A DNA stretch of 64,000 nucleotides from the human T2T-CHM13v2.0 reference genome, Homo sapiens (GCF_009914755.1 NC_060948.1), one strand, 5' to 3'. Shown: positions 37,960-57,006, numbered from the stretch's first letter. The notes: generated by a model from the sequence alone, not told the origin. Numbers and translations are program-made.

Positions 37960-40087
37960 AGATCCATATTTTTTAAATGAAAAAAAATTTCAAAGGTACT
38001 CTGCTTGGTACAATAATCAAATGTATAAACTGAGGAATAAAACATAACCATGAAACCTACTTATAACTGCATATGGAAAATACAGAGGATAATTTTTTAA
38101 ATAACATATTTTGAAAGCCTTAACTAGTAATTTGAAGAGTTGGCATTTGAAAGGCCAGTATGAATATACCTTCAAATCAGCAACACAGGTTCCCCATGAG
38201 AAAAAGCAAACACAGGGAAAATAAAAACACAAAGGTTCAATCTCTTTTGACCTTTGAAAGACACAGCACAGACAGTGGTCCTTAGGACGAAGAGCAGGAG
38301 ACCCCTAATTCCGTCACCATGGCGATAGGGCATAAACATTGCTGGGTGAGGGCACAATCCACATTGTGAGGTCCAACTGCTGCCAGGAAGACAGGAGTGC
38401 TTTTACATAGACCGAAAGGTCATTGAAGGCTCAGAGTTTTGTTTCAAGAACTGAATCCCAAGCCCACACGTTATTAGGCTGCGCTTCTTAAAACAAGTTA
38501 TGAGATGGGAAAAAGGGCACCCACAAACATACGTATACATTATGTATATAATAATATACAGTATCATATATATAATATATATAACCTATGTATAATATTG
38601 TTTTACATCCTGCATCTTATGTTATATATATTGTATAAAATATAATAATTGATAATATATAAGATTTATAATTATACAATATGACATATAGTATATATTA
38701 TAATTTATGACATATATAATATATGTTATATATCATATGTAGAATATATTATACGGTTAATATACGTATTAAATATAAATTATACATTATATATATTATA
38801 TATAATATATCTGTTATATATAATACACATTATGCATAATATATATATTATGTCTATGTTATATATAGTACAAAACAACATATAATAATGTATAATTGTA
38901 TATATAAAATGCGACATATAATATATATTATATTTTATAACATATGTAATATATACTATATATTATATATAATACGTTGTATGTATAATACCTATATTAA
39001 ATATATATTATATGACTATGTTATTAATTACATGTCACATGTGTTATATATTATACATTTTACATAGAATATACCGGTTACATACAATATATACTATGTT
39101 ACCTATAATGTGTAATTTATTACATGTAAAATAAAGAATGCAATATATTATGTATAATTTATAATATACAATATGTGGAATGTGATATATATAACATATA
39201 ATATATGATATATGATATACAGTATATGATATATAACATACAATATATGATTCCTAATATATATGGTATACAATATATATTTTATGATATGTATTCTATA
39301 TGTTTTATATTCTGTTATATATAACTATTTGAAATTATATATAACTGTATAATATTTTATGTAAATATGTAATATAATATATATAACTATATAATATATT
39401 ATAGATAACTATATATTATGTTATATATACTTTTATAACATAATTTACATAAAATATCATAATATAATATATATTATATTATTTCATATTACATAATATA
39501 TATTACATATCACCCAATATAACTAACATACATAATATTATAATATAGATTATATTGTGTTATATTAAATATCATATATATCATGTATCATATATTCTAT
39601 AATATATATTACACATTATATAATATGTATGTTGTCTATTATGTGATATATATAACTATATATATAATTATATTTTTATACATATAACTAGATAAACATG
39701 TAATTCTACATATTTTCATTTATAATATGTAGAATTATATAATCATATATAATTATTTATATTCTATAAAAAATTTTATCATTATATAAATTATAATATA
39801 TAAAAATTATAATATGTACTACAAATATATATATTATATATCATATATGATATAGTACCTTTGTTATATATCATAATACATATAAATGTGTATTATGTTA
39901 TCTATAATTATATAATTTCATATATAAGATGTATAATATGTATCATATATTATATATGTTATGTAATATATATAGTATATATAAGATGACACAGGATAAA
40001 TATTATATACTATGACATATAAAATATATCAGGTTATATGTTACATATAAGGCATAGCACATAACATGTAATATGTATCATATATAA

Positions 40088-40379
40088 TTTTTTTTTAGAC
40101 AGAATCTTGTCCTGTTGCACAGGGTGGGGTACAATGGCGCCATCTTTGCTCACTGCAACTTCTGCCTCATGGGTCCAAGCGATTGTCCTCCCTCAGCCTC
40201 CCAGGTAGCTGGGACTACACCACACTGGGACTACACCAGCTGCCACCATGCCTAGCTAATTTTTTGTATTTTAAGTAGTGACAATGTTTCACTGTATTGG
40301 CCAGGATGGTCTTGATCTCTTTACCTTGTGATCCCCTTGCCTTGGCCTCCAAATTTGCTGGGATTACAGGCCTGAGCCA
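40088..40379 (-). mobile_element. Alu copy 17
   Basis: Same Alu; domain C, subtype y (cctcatggg, gacaatg, ctttacc). Confidence 0.9.
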
Positions 40380-42484
40380 AGATCCATATTTTTTAAATGA
40401 AAAAGAATTTCAAAGGTACTCTGCTTGGTACAATAATCAAATGTATAAACTGAGGAATAAAACATAACCATGAAACCTACTTATAACTGCATATGGAAAA
40501 TACAGAGGATAATTTTTTAAATAACATATTTTGAAAGCCTTAACTAGTAATTTGAAGAGTTGGCATTTGAAAGGCCAGTATGAATATACCTTCAAAGCAG
40601 CAACACAGGTTCCCCATGAGAAAAAGCAAACACAGGGAAAATAAAAACACAAAGGTTCAATCTCTTCTGACCTTTGAAAGACACAGCACAGACAGTGGTC
40701 CTTAGGACGAAGAGCAGGAGACCCCTAATTCCGTCACCATGGCGATAGGGCATAAACATTGCTGGGTGAGGGCACAATCCACATTGTGAGGTCCAACTGC
40801 TGCCAGGAAGACAGGAGTGCTTTTACATAGACCGAAAGGTCATTGAAGGCTGAGAGTTTTGTTTCAAGAACTGAATCCCAAGCCCACACGTTATTAGGCT
40901 GCGCTTCTTAAAACAAGTTATGAGATGGGAAAAAGGGCACCCACAAACATACGTATACATTATGTATATAATAATATACAGTATCATATATATAATATAT
41001 ATAACCTATGTATAATATTGTTTTACATCCTGCATCTTATGTTATATATATTGTATAAAATATAATAATTGATAATATATAAGTTTTATAATTATACAAT
41101 ATGACATATAGTATATATTATAATTTATGACATATATAATATATGTTATATATCATATGTAGAATATATTATACGGTTAATATACGTATTAAATATAAAT
41201 TATACATTATATATATTATATATAATATATCTGTTATATATAATACCCATTATGCATAATGTATATATTATGTCTATGTTATATATAGTATAAAACAACA
41301 TATAATAATATATAATTGTATATATAAAATGCGACAGATAATATATATTATATTTTATAACATATGTAATATATATTATATATTATATATAATACGTTGT
41401 ATGTATAATACCTATATTAAATATATATTATATGACTATGTTATTAATTACATGTCACATGTGTTATATATTTTATATTTTACATAGAATATACCGGTTA
41501 CATACAATATATACTATGTTACCTATAATGTGTAATTTATTACATGTAAAATAAAGAATGCAATATATTATGTATAATTTATAATATACAATATGTGGAA
41601 TGTGATATATATAACATATAATATATGATATATGATATACAGTATATGATATATAACATACAATATATGATTCCTAATATATATGGTATACAATATATAT
41701 TTTATGATATGTATTCTATATGTTTTATATTCTGTTATATATAACTATTTGAAATTATATATAACTGTATAATATTTTATGTAAATATGTAATATAATAT
41801 ATATAACTATATAATATATTATAGATAACTATATATTATGTTATATATAATTTTATAACATAATTTACATAAAATATCATAATATAATATATATTATATT
41901 ATTTCATATTACATAATATATATTACATATCACCCAATATAACTAACATACATAATATTATAACATAGATTATATTGTGTTATATTAAATATCATATATA
42001 TCATTTATCATATATTCTATAATATATATTACACATTATATAATATGTATGTTGTCTATTATGTGATATATATAACTATATATATAATTATATTTTTATA
42101 CATATAACTAGATAAACATGTAATTCTACATATTTTCATTTATAATATGTAGAATTATATAATCATATATAATTATTTATATTCTATAAAAAATTTTATC
42201 ATTATATAAATTATAATATATAAAAATTATAATATGTACTACAAATATATATATTATATATCATATATGATATAGTACCTTTGTTATATATCATAATACA
42301 TATAAATGTGTATTATGTTATCTATAATTATATAATTTCATATAAAAGATGTATAACATGTATCATATATTATATATGTTATGTAATATATATAGTATAT
42401 ATAAGATGACACAGGATAAATATTATATACTATGACATATAAAATATATCAGGTTATATGTTACATATAAGGCATAGCACATAA

Positions 42485-42799
<315 letters not shown>

Positions 42800-44927
42800 A
42801 GATCCATATTTTTTAAATGAAAAAAAATTTCAAAGGTACTCTGCTTGGTACAATAATCAAATGTATAAACTGAGGAATAAAACATAACCATGAAACCTAC
42901 TTATAACTGCATATGGAAAATACAGAGGATAATTTTTTAAATAACATATTTTGAAAGCCTTAACTAGTAATTTGAAGAGTTGGCATTTGAAAGGCCAGTA
43001 TGAATATACCTTCAAATCAGCAACACAGGTTCCCCATGAGAAAAAGCAAACACAGGGAAAATAAAAACACAAAGGTTCAATCTCTTTTGACCTTTGAAAG
43101 ACACAGCACAGACAGTGGTCCTTAGGACGAAGAGCAGGAGACCCCTAATTCCGTCACCATGGCGATAGGGCATAAACATTGCTGGGTGAGGGCACAATCC
43201 ACATTGTGAGGTCCAACTGCTGCCAGGAAGACAGGAGTGCTTTTACATAGACCGAAAGGTCATTGAAGGCTCAGAGTTTTGTTTCAAGAACTGAATCCCA
43301 AGCCCACACGTTATTAGGCTGCGCTTCTTAAAACAAGTTATGAGATGGGAAAAAGGGCACCCACAAACATACGTATACATTATGTATATAATAATATACA
43401 GTATCATATATATAATATATATAACCTATGTATAATATTGTTTTACATCCTGCATCTTATGTTATATATATTGTATAAAATATAATAATTGATAATATAT
43501 AAGATTTATAATTATACAATATGACATATAGTATATATTATAATTTATGACATATATAATATATGTTATATATCATATGTAGAATATATTATACGGTTAA
43601 TATACGTATTAAATATAAATTATACATTATATATATTATATATAATATATCTGTTATATATAATACACATTATGCATAATATATATATTATGTCTATGTT
43701 ATATATAGTACAAAACAACATATAATAATGTATAATTGTATATATAAAATGCGACATATAATATATATTATATTTTATAACATATGTAATATATACTATA
43801 TATTATATATAATACGTTGTATGTATAATACCTATATTAAATATATATTATATGACTATGTTATTAATTACATGTCACATGTGTTATATATTATACATTT
43901 TACATAGAATATACCGGTTACATACAATATATACTATGTTACCTATAATGTGTAATTTATTACATGTAAAATAAAGAATGCAATATATTATGTATAATTT
44001 ATAATATACAATATGTGGAATGTGATATATATAACATATAATATATGATATATGATATACAGTATATGATATATAACATACAATATATGATTCCTAATAT
44101 ATATGGTATACAATATATATTTTATGATATGTATTCTATATGTTTTATATTCTGTTATATATAACTATTTGAAATTATATATAACTGTATAATATTTTAT
44201 GTAAATATGTAATATAATATATATAACTATATAATATATTATAGATAACTATATATTATGTTATATATACTTTTATAACATAATTTACATAAAATATCAT
44301 AATATAATATATATTATATTATTTCATATTACATAATATATATTACATATCACCCAATATAACTAACATACATAATATTATAATATAGATTATATTGTGT
44401 TATATTAAATATCATATATATCATGTATCATATATTCTATAATATATATTACACATTATATAATATGTATGTTGTCTATTATGTGATATATATAACTATA
44501 TATATAATTATATTTTTATACATATAACTAGATAAACATGTAATTCTACATATTTTCATTTATAATATGTAGAATTATATAATCATATATAATTATTTAT
44601 ATTCTATAAAAAATTTTATCATTATATAAATTATAATATATAAAAATTATAATATGTACTACAAATATATATATTATATATCATATATGATATAGTACCT
44701 TTGTTATATATCATAATACATATAAATGTGTATTATGTTATCTATAATTATATAATTTCATATATAAGATGTATAATATGTATCATATATTATATATGTT
44801 ATGTAATATATATAGTATATATAAGATGACACAGGATAAATATTATATACTATGACATATAAAATATATCAGGTTATATGTTACATATAAGGCATAGCAC
44901 ATAACATGTAATATGTATCATATATAA

Positions 44928-45219
44928 TTTTTTTTTAGACAGAATCTTGTCCTGTTGCACAGGGTGGGGTACAATGGCGCCATCTTTGCTCACTGCAACT
45001 TCTGCCTCATGGGTCCAAGCGATTGTCCTCCCTCAGCCTCCCAGGTAGCTGGGACTACACCACACTGGGACTACACCAGCTGCCACCATGCCTAGCTAAT
45101 TTTTTGTATTTTTAGTAGTGACAATGTTTCACTGTATTGGCCAGGATGGTCTTGATCTCTTTACCTTGTGATCCCCTTGCCTTGGCCTCCAAATTTGCTG
45201 GGATTACAGGCCTGAGCCA
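44928..45219 (-). mobile_element. Alu copy 19
   Basis: Same Alu; domain C, subtype y. Confidence 0.9.
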
Positions 45220-47347
45220 AGATCCATATTTTTTAAATGAAAAAGAATTTCAAAGGTACTCTGCTTGGTACAATAATCAAATGTATAAACTGAGGAATAA
45301 AACATAACCATGAAACCTACTTATAACTGCATATGGAAAATACAGAGGATAATTTTTTAAATAACATATTTTGAAAGCCTTAACTAGTAATTTGAAGAGT
45401 TGGCATTTGAAAGGCCAGTATGAATATACCTTCAAAGCAGCAACACAGGTTCCCCATGAGAAAAAGCAAACACAGGGAAAATAAAAACACAAAGGTTCAA
45501 TCTCTTCTGACCTTTGAAAGACACAGCACAGACAGTGGTCCTTAGGACGAAGAGCAGGAGACCCCTAATTCCGTCACCATGGCGATAGGGCATAAACATT
45601 GCTGGGTGAGGGCACAATCCACATTGTGAGGTCCAACTGCTGCCAGGAAGACAGGAGTGCTTTTACATAGACCGAAAGGTCATTGAAGGCTGAGAGTTTT
45701 GTTTCAAGAACTGAATCCCAAGCCCACACGTTATTAGGCTGCGCTTCTTAAAACAAGTTATGAGATGGGAAAAAGGGCACCCACAAACATACGTATACAT
45801 TATGTATATAATAATATACAGTATCATATATATAATATATATAACCTATGTATAATATTGTTTTACATCCTGCATCTTATGTTATATATATTGTATAAAA
45901 TATAATAATTGATAATATATAAGTTTTATAATTATACAATATGACATATAGTATATATTATAATTTATGACATATATAATATATGTTATATATCATATGT
46001 AGAATATATTATACGGTTAATATACGTATTAAATATAAATTATACATTATATATATTATATATAATATATCTGTTATATATAATACCCATTATGCATAAT
46101 ATATATATTATGTCTATGTTATATATAGTATAAAACAACATATAATAATATATAATTGTATATATAAAATGCGACAGATAATATATATTATATTTTATAA
46201 CATATGTAATATATATTATATATTATATATAATACGTTGTATGTATAATACCTATATTAAATATATATTATATGACTATGTTATTAATTACATGTCACAT
46301 GTGTTATATATTATATATTTTACATAGAATATACCGGTTACATACAATATATACTATGTTACCTATAATGTGTAATTTATTACATGTAAAATAAAGAATG
46401 CAATATATTATGTATAATTTATAATATACAATATGTGGAATGTGATATATATAACATATAATATATGATATATGATATACAGTATATGATATATAACATA
46501 CAATATATGATTCCTAATATATATGGTATACAATATATATTTTATGATATGTATTCTATATGTTTTATATTCTGTTATATATAACTATTTGAAATTATAT
46601 ATAACTGTATAATATTTTATGTAAATATGTAATATAATATATATAACTATATAATATATTATAGATAACTATATATTATGTTATATATAATTTTATAACA
46701 TAATTTACATAAAATATCATAATATAATATATATTATATTATTTCATATTACATAATATATATTACATATCACCCAATATAACTAACATACATAATATTA
46801 TAACATAGATTATATTGTGTTATATTAAATATCATATATATCATTTATCATATATTCTATAATATATATTACACATTATATAATATGTATGTTGTCTATT
46901 ATGTGATATATATAACTATATATATAATTATATTTTTATACATATAACTAGATAAACATGTAATTCTACATATTTTCATTTATAATATGTAGAATTATAT
47001 AATCATATATAATTATTTATATTCTATAAAAAATTTTATCATTATATAAATTATAATATATAAAAATTATAATATGTACTACAAATATATATATTATATA
47101 TCATATATGATATAGTACCTTTGTTATATATCATAATACATATAAATGTGTATTATGTTATCTATAATTATATAATTTCATATAAAAGATGTATAACATG
47201 TATCATATATTATATATGTTATGTAATATATATAGTATATATAAGATGACACAGGATAAATATTATATACTATGACATATAAAATATATCAGGTTATATG
47301 TTACATATAAGGCATAGCACATAACATGTAATATGTATCATATATAA

Positions 47348-47639
47348 TTTTTTTTTAGACAGAATCTTGTCCTGTTGCACAGGGTGGGGTACAATGGCGC
47401 CATCTTTGCTCACTGCAAATTCTGCCTCATGGGTCCAAGCGATTGTCCTCCCTCAGCCTCCCAGGTAGCTGGGACTACACCACACTGGGACTACACCAGC
47501 TGCCACCATGCCTAGCTAATTTTTTGTATTTTTAGTAGTGACAATGTTTCACTGTATTGGCCAGGATGGTCTTGATCTCTTTACCTTGTGATCCCCTTGC
47601 CTTGGCCTCCAAATTTGCTGGGATTACAGGCCTGAGCCA
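47348..47639 (-). mobile_element. Alu copy 20
   Basis: Same Alu; domain C, z/y chimera. Confidence 0.9.
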
Positions 47640-49767
47640 AGATCCATATTTTTTAAATGAAAAAGAATTTCAAAGGTACTCTGCTTGGTACAATAATCAA
47701 ATGTATAAACTGAGGAATAAAACATAACCATGAAACCTACTTATAACTGCATATGGAAAATACAGAGGATAATTTTTTAAATAACATATTTTGAAAGCCT
47801 TAACTAGTAATTTGAAGAGTTGGCATTTGAAAGGCCAGTATGAATATACCTTCAAAGCAGCAACACAGGTTCCCCATGAGAAAAAGCAAACACAGGGAAA
47901 ATAAAAACACAAAGGTTCAATCTCTTCTGACCTTTGAAAGACACAGCACAGACAGTGGTCCTTAGGACGAAGAGCAGGAGACCCCTAATTCCGTCACCAT
48001 GGCGATAGGGCATAAACATTGCTGGGTGAGGGCACAATCCACATTGTGAGGTCCAACTGCTGCCAGGAAGACAGGAGTGCTTTTACATAGACCGAAAGGT
48101 CATTGAAGGCTGAGAGTTTTGTTTCAAGAACTGAATCCCAAGCCCACACGTTATTAGGCTGCGCTTCTTAAAACAAGTTATGAGATGGGAAAAAGGGCAC
48201 CCACAAACATACGTATACATTATGTATATAATAATATACAGTATCATATATATAATATATATAACCTATGTATAATATTGTTTTACATCCTGCATCTTAT
48301 GTTATATATATTGTATAAAATATAATAATTGATAATATATAAGTTTTATAATTATACAATATGACATATAGTATATATTATAATTTATGACATATATAAT
48401 ATATGTTATATATCATATGTAGAATATATTATACGGTTAATATACGTATTAAATATAAATTATACATTATATATATTATATATAATATATCTGTTATATA
48501 TAATACCCATTATGCATAATATATATATTATGTCTATGTTATATATAGTATAAAACAACATATAATAATATATAATTGTATATATAAAATGCGACAGATA
48601 ATATATATTATATTTTATAACATATGTAATATATATTATATATTATATATAATACGTTGTATGTATAATACCTATATTAAATATATATTATATGACTATG
48701 TTATTAATTACATGTCACATGTGTTATATATTATATATTTTACATAGAATATACCGGTTACATACAATATATACTATGTTACCTATAATGTGTAATTTAT
48801 TACATGTAAAATAAAGAATGCAATATATTATGTATAATTTATAATATACAATATGTGGAATGTGATATATATAACATATAATATATGATATATGATATAC
48901 AGTATATGATATATAACATACAATATATGATTCCTAATATATATGGTATACAATATATATTTTATGATATGTATTCTATATGTTTTATATTCTGTTATAT
49001 ATAACTATTTGAAATTATATATAACTGTATAATATTTTATGTAAATATGTAATATAATATATATAACTATATAATATATTATAGATAACTATATATTATG
49101 TTATATATAATTTTATAACATAATTTACATAAAATATCATAATATAATATATATTATATTATTTCATATTACATAATATATATTACATATCACCCAATAT
49201 AACTAACATACATAATATTATAACATAGATTATATTGTGTTATATTAAATATCATATATATCATTTATCATATATTCTATAATATATATTACACATTATA
49301 TAATATGTATGTTGTCTATTATGTGATATATATAACTATATATATAATTATATTTTTATACATATAACTAGATAAACATGTAATTCTACATATTTTCATT
49401 TATAATATGTAGAATTATATAATCATATATAATTATTTATATTCTATAAAAAATTTTATCATTATATAAATTATAATATATAAAAATTATAATATGTACT
49501 ACAAATATATATATTATATATCATATATGATATAGTACCTTTGTTATATATCATAATACATATAAATGTGTATTATGTTATCTATAATTATATAATTTCA
49601 TATAAAAGATGTATAACATGTATCATATATTATATATGTTATGTAATATATATAGTATATATAAGATGACACAGGATAAATATTATATACTATGACATAT
49701 AAAATATATCAGGTTATATGTTACATATAAGGCATAGCACATAACATGTAATATGTATCATATATAA

Positions 49768-50059
49768 TTTTTTTTTAGACAGAATCTTGTCCTGTTGCAC
49801 AGGGTGGGGTACAATGGCGCCATCTTTGCTCACTGCAAATTCTGCCTCATGGGTCCAAGCGATTGTCCTCCCTCAGCCTCCCAGGTAGCTGGGACTACAC
49901 CACACTGGGACTACACCAGCTGCCACCATGCCTTGCTAATTTTTTGGATTTTTAGTAGTGACAGCGTTTCACTGTATTGGCCAGGATGGTCTTGATCTCT
50001 TCACCTTGTGATCCCCTTGCCTTGGCCTCCAAATTTGCTGGGATTACAGGCCTGAGCCA
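49768..50059 (-). mobile_element. Alu copy 21
   Basis: Same Alu; domain C, subtype z (ctgcaaat, ccttgctaat). Confidence 0.9.
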
Positions 50060-52164
50060 AGATCCATATTTTTTAAATGAAAAAAAATTTCAAAGGTACT
50101 CTGCTTGGTACAATAATCAAATGTATAAACTGAGGAATAAAACATAACCATGAAACCTACTTATAACTGCATATGGAAAATGCAGAGGATAATTTTTTAA
50201 ATAACATATTTTGAAAGCCTTAACTATTAATTTGAAGAGTTGGCATTTGAAAGGCCAGTATGAATATACCTTCAAAGCAGCAACACAGGTTCCCCATGAG
50301 AAAAAGCAAACACAGGGAAAATAAAAACACAAAGGTTCAATCTCTTCTGACCTTTGAAAGACACAGCACAGACAGTGGTCCTTAGGACGAAGAGCAGGAG
50401 ACCCCTAATTCCGTCACCATGGCGATAGGGCATAAACATTGCTGGGTGAGGGCACAATCCACATTGTGAGGTCCAACTGCTGCCAGGAAGACAGGAGTGC
50501 TTTTACATAGACCGAAAGGTCATTGAAGGCTCAGAGTTTTGTTTCAAGAACTGAATCCCAAGCCCACACGTTATTAGGCTGCGCTTCTTAAAACAAGTTA
50601 TGAGATGGGAAAAAGGGCACCCACAAACATACGTATACATTATGTATATAATAATATACAGTGTCATATATTTAATATATATAACCTATGTATAATATTG
50701 TTTTACATCCTGCATCTTATGTTATATATATTGTATAAAATATAATAATTGATAATATATAAGTTTTATAATTATACAATATGACATATAGTATATATTA
50801 TAATTTATGACATATATAATATATGTTATATGTCATATATAGAATATATTATACGGTTAATATACGTATTAAATATAAATTATACATTATATATATTATA
50901 TATAATATATCTGTTATATATAATACCCATTATGCATAATATATATATTATGTCTATTTTATATATAGTATAAAACAACATATAATAATATATAATTGTA
51001 TATATAAAATGCGACATATAATATATATTATATTTTATAACATATGTAATATATATTATATATTATATATAATACGTTGTATGTATAATACCTATATTAA
51101 ATATATATTATATGACTATGTTATTAATTACATGTCACATGTGTTATATATTATATATTTTACATAGAATATACCGGTTACATACAATATATACTATGTT
51201 ACCTATAATGTATAATTTATTACATGTAAAATAAAGAATGCAATATATTATGTATAATTTATAATATACCATATGTGGAATGTGATATATATAACATATA
51301 ATATATGATATATGGTATACAGTATATGATATATAACATACAATATATGATTCCTAATATATATTGTATACAATATATATTTTATGATATGTATTCTATA
51401 TGTTTTATATTCTGTTATATATAACTATTTGAAATTATATATAACTGTATAATATTTTATGTAAATATGTAATATAATATATATAACTATATAATATATT
51501 ACATATAACTATATATTATGTTATATATACTTTTATAACATAATTTACATAAAATATCATAATGTAATATATATTATATTATTTCATATTACATAATATA
51601 TATTACATATCACCCAATATAACTAACATACATAATATTATAATATAGATTATATTGTGTTATATTAAATATCATATATATCATGTATCATATATTCTAT
51701 AATATATATTACACATTATATAATATGTATGTTGTCTATTATGTGATATATATAACTATATATATAATTATATTTTTATACATATAACTAGATAAACATG
51801 TAATTCTACATATTTTCATTTATAATATGTAGAATTATATAATCATATATAATTATTTATATTCTATAAAAAATTTTATCATTATATAAATTATAATATA
51901 TAAAAATTATAATATGTACTACAAATATATATATTATATATCATATATGATATAGTACCTTTGTTATATATCATAATACATATAAATGTGTATTATGTTA
52001 TCTATAATTATATAATTTCATATATAAGATGTATAATATGTATCATATATTATATATGTTATGTAATATATATAGTATATATAAGATGACACAGGATAAA
52101 TATTATATACTATGACATATAAAATATATCAGGTTATATGTTACATATAAGGCATAGCACATAA

Positions 52165-52479
<315 letters not shown>

Positions 52480-54584
52480 AGATCCATATTTTTTAAATGA
52501 AAAAAAATTTCAAAGGTACTCTGCTTGGTACAATAATCAAATGTATAAACTGAGGAATAAAACATAACCATGAAACCTACTTATAACTGCATATGGAAAA
52601 TACAGAGGATAATTTTTTAAATAACATATTTTGAAAGCCTTAACTAGTAATTTGAAGAGCTGGCATTTGAAAGGCCAGTATGAATATACCTTCAAATCAG
52701 CAACACAGGTTCCCCATGAGAAAAAGCAAACACAGGGAAAATAAAAACACAAAGGTTCAATCTCTTCTGACCTTTGAAAGACACAGCACAGACAGTGGTC
52801 CTTAGGACGAAGAGCAGGAGACCCCTAATTCCGTCACCATGGCGATAGGGCATAAACATTGCTGGGTGAGGGCACAATCCACATTGTGAGGTCCAACTGC
52901 TGCCAGGAAGACAGGAGTGCTTTTACATAGACCGAAAGGTCATTGAAGGCTCAGAGTTTTGTTTCAAGAACTGAATCCCAAGCCCACACGTTATTAGGCT
53001 GCGCTTCTTAAAACAAGTTATGAGATGGGAAAAAGGGCACCCACAAACATACGTATACATTATGTATATAATAATATACAGTATCATATATATAATATAT
53101 ATAACCTATGTATAATATTGTTTTACATCCTGCATCTTATGTTATATATATTGTATAAAATATAATAATTGATAATATATAAGTTTTATAATTATACAAT
53201 ATGACATATAGTATATATTATAATTTATGACATATATAATATATGTTATATATCATATGTAGAATATATTATACGGTTAATATACGTATTAAATATAAAT
53301 TATACATTATATATATTATATATAATATATCTGTTATATATAATACCCATTATGCATAATATATATATTATGTCTATGTTATATATAGTATAAAACAACA
53401 TATAATAATATATAATTGTATATATAAAATGCGACATATAATATATATTATATTTTATAACATATGTAATATATATTATATATTATATATAATACGTTGT
53501 ATGTATAATACCTATATTAAATATATATTATATGACTATGTTATTAATTACATATCACATGTGTTATATATTATATATTTTACATAGAATATACCGGTTA
53601 CATACAATATATACTATGTTACCTATAATGTGTAATTTATTACATGTAAAATAAAGAATGCAATATATTATGTATAATTTATAATATACAATATGTGGAA
53701 TGTGATATATATAACATATAATATATGATATATGATATACAGTATATGATATATAACATACAAAATATGATTCCTAATATATATGGTATACAATATATAT
53801 TTTATGATATGTATTCTATATGTTTTATATTCTGTTATATATAACTATTTGAAATTATATATAACTGTATAATATTTTATGTAAATATGTAATATAATAT
53901 ATATAACTATATAATATATTACATATAACTATATATTATGTTATATATACTTTTATAACATAATTTACATAAAATATCATAATGTAATATATATTATATT
54001 ATTTCATATTACATAATATATATTTCATATCACCCAATATAACTAACATACATAATATTATAATATAGATTATATTGTGTTATATTAAATATCATATATA
54101 TCATGTATCATATATTCTATAATATATATTACACATTATATAATATGTATGTTGTCTATTATGTGATATATATAACTATATATATAATTATATTTTTATA
54201 CATATAACTAGATAAACATGTAATTCTACATATTTTCATTTATAATATGTAGAATTATATAATCATATATAATTATTTATATTCTATAAAAAATTTTATC
54301 ATTACATAAATTATAATATATAAAAATTATAATATGTACTACAAATATATATATTATATATCATATATGATATAGTACCTTTGTTATATATCATAATACA
54401 TATAAATGTGTATTATGTTATCTATAATTATATAATTTCATATATAAGATGTATAATATGTATCATATATTATATATGTTATGTAATATATATAGTATAT
54501 ATAAGATGACACAGGATAAATATTATATACTATGACATATAAAATATATCAGGTTATATGTTACATATAAGGCATAGCACATAA

Positions 54585-54899
<315 letters not shown>

Positions 54900-57006
54900 A
54901 GATCCATATTTTTTAAATGAAAAAAAATTTCAAAGGTACTCTGCTTGGTACAATAATCAAATGTATAAACTGAGGAATAAAACATAACCATGAAACCTAC
55001 TTATAACTGCATATGGAAAATACAGAGGATAATTTTTTAAATAACATATTTTGAAAGCCTTAACTAGTAATTTGAAGAGCTGGCATTTGAAAGGCCAGTA
55101 TGAATATACATTCAAATCAGCAACACAGGTTCCCCATGAGAAAAAGCAAACACAGGGAAAATAAAAACACAAAGGTTCAATCTCTTCTGACCTTTGAAAG
55201 ACACAGCACAGACAGTGGTCCTTAGGACGAAGAGCAGGAGACCCCTAATTCCGTCACCATGGCGATAGGGCATAAACATTGCTGGGTGAGGGCACAATCC
55301 ACATTGTGAGGTCCAACTGCTGCCAGGAAGACAGGAGTGCTTTTACATAGACCGAAAGGTCATTGAAGGCTCAGAGTTTTGTTTCAAGAACTGAATCCCA
55401 AGCCCACACGTTATTAGGCTGCGCTTCTTAAAACAAGTTATGAGATGGGAAAAAGGGCACCCACAAACATACGTATACATTATGTATATAATAATATACA
55501 GTGTCATATATTTAATATATATAACCTATGTATAATATTGTTTTACATCCTGCATCTTATGTTATATATATTGTATAAAATATAATAATTGATAATATAT
55601 AAGTTTTATAATTATACAATATGACATATAGTATATATTATAATTTATGACATATATAATATATGTTATATGTCATATATAGAATATATTATACGGTTAA
55701 TATACGTATTAAATATAAATTACACATTATATATATTATATATAATATATCTGTTATATATAATACCCATTATGCATAATATATATATTATGTCTATGTT
55801 ATATATAGTATAAAACAACATATAATAATATATAATTGTATATATAAAATGCGACATATAATATATATTATATTTTATAACATATGTAATATATATTATA
55901 TATTATATATAATACGTTGTATGTATAATACCTATATTAAATATATATTATATGACTATGTTATTAATTACATGTCACATGTGTTATATATTATATATTT
56001 TACATAGAATATACCGGTTACATACAATATATACTATGTTACCTATAATGTATAATTTATTACATGTAAAATAAAGAATGCAATATATTATGTATAATTT
56101 ATAATATACCATATGTGGAATGTGATATATATAACATATAATATATGATATATGATATACAGTATATGATATATAACATACAATATATGATTCCTAATAT
56201 ATATTGTATACAATATATATTTTATGATATGTATTCTATATGTTTTATATTCTGTTATATATAACTATTTGAAATTATATATAACTGTATAATATTTTAT
56301 GTAAATATGTAATATAATATATATAACTATATAATATATTACATATAACTATATATTATGTTATATATACTTTTATAACATAATTTACATAAAATATCAT
56401 AATGTAATATATATTATATTATTTCATATTACATAATATATATTACATATCACCCAATATAACTAACATACATAATATTATAATATAGATTATATTGTGT
56501 TATATTAAATATCATATATATCATGTATCATATATTCTATAATATATATATTACACATTATATAATATGTATGTTGTCTATTATGTGATATATATAACTA
56601 TATATATAATTATATTTTTATACATATAACTAGATAAACATGTAATTCTACATATTTTCATTTATAATATGTAGAATTATATAATCATATATAATTATTT
56701 ATATTCTATAAAAAATTATATCATTATATAAATTATAATATATAAAAATTATAATATGTACTACAAATATATATATTATATATCATATATGATATAGTAC
56801 CTTTGTTATATATCATAATACATATAAATGTGTATTATGTTATCTATAATTATATAATTTCATATATAAGATGTATAATATGTATCATATATTATATATG
56901 TTATGTAATATATATAGTATATATAAGATGACACAGGATAAATATTATATACTATGACATATAAAATATATCAGGTTATATGTTACATATAAGGCATAGC
57001 ACATAA

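Noticed and set aside
49795-49995. 66-aa ORF MHRVGYNG... (also 61898-62098)
   Set aside because: It is an antisense-Alu translation opened by one stop-removing SNV (cctagc>ccttgc); useful only as a marker of the z haplotype.
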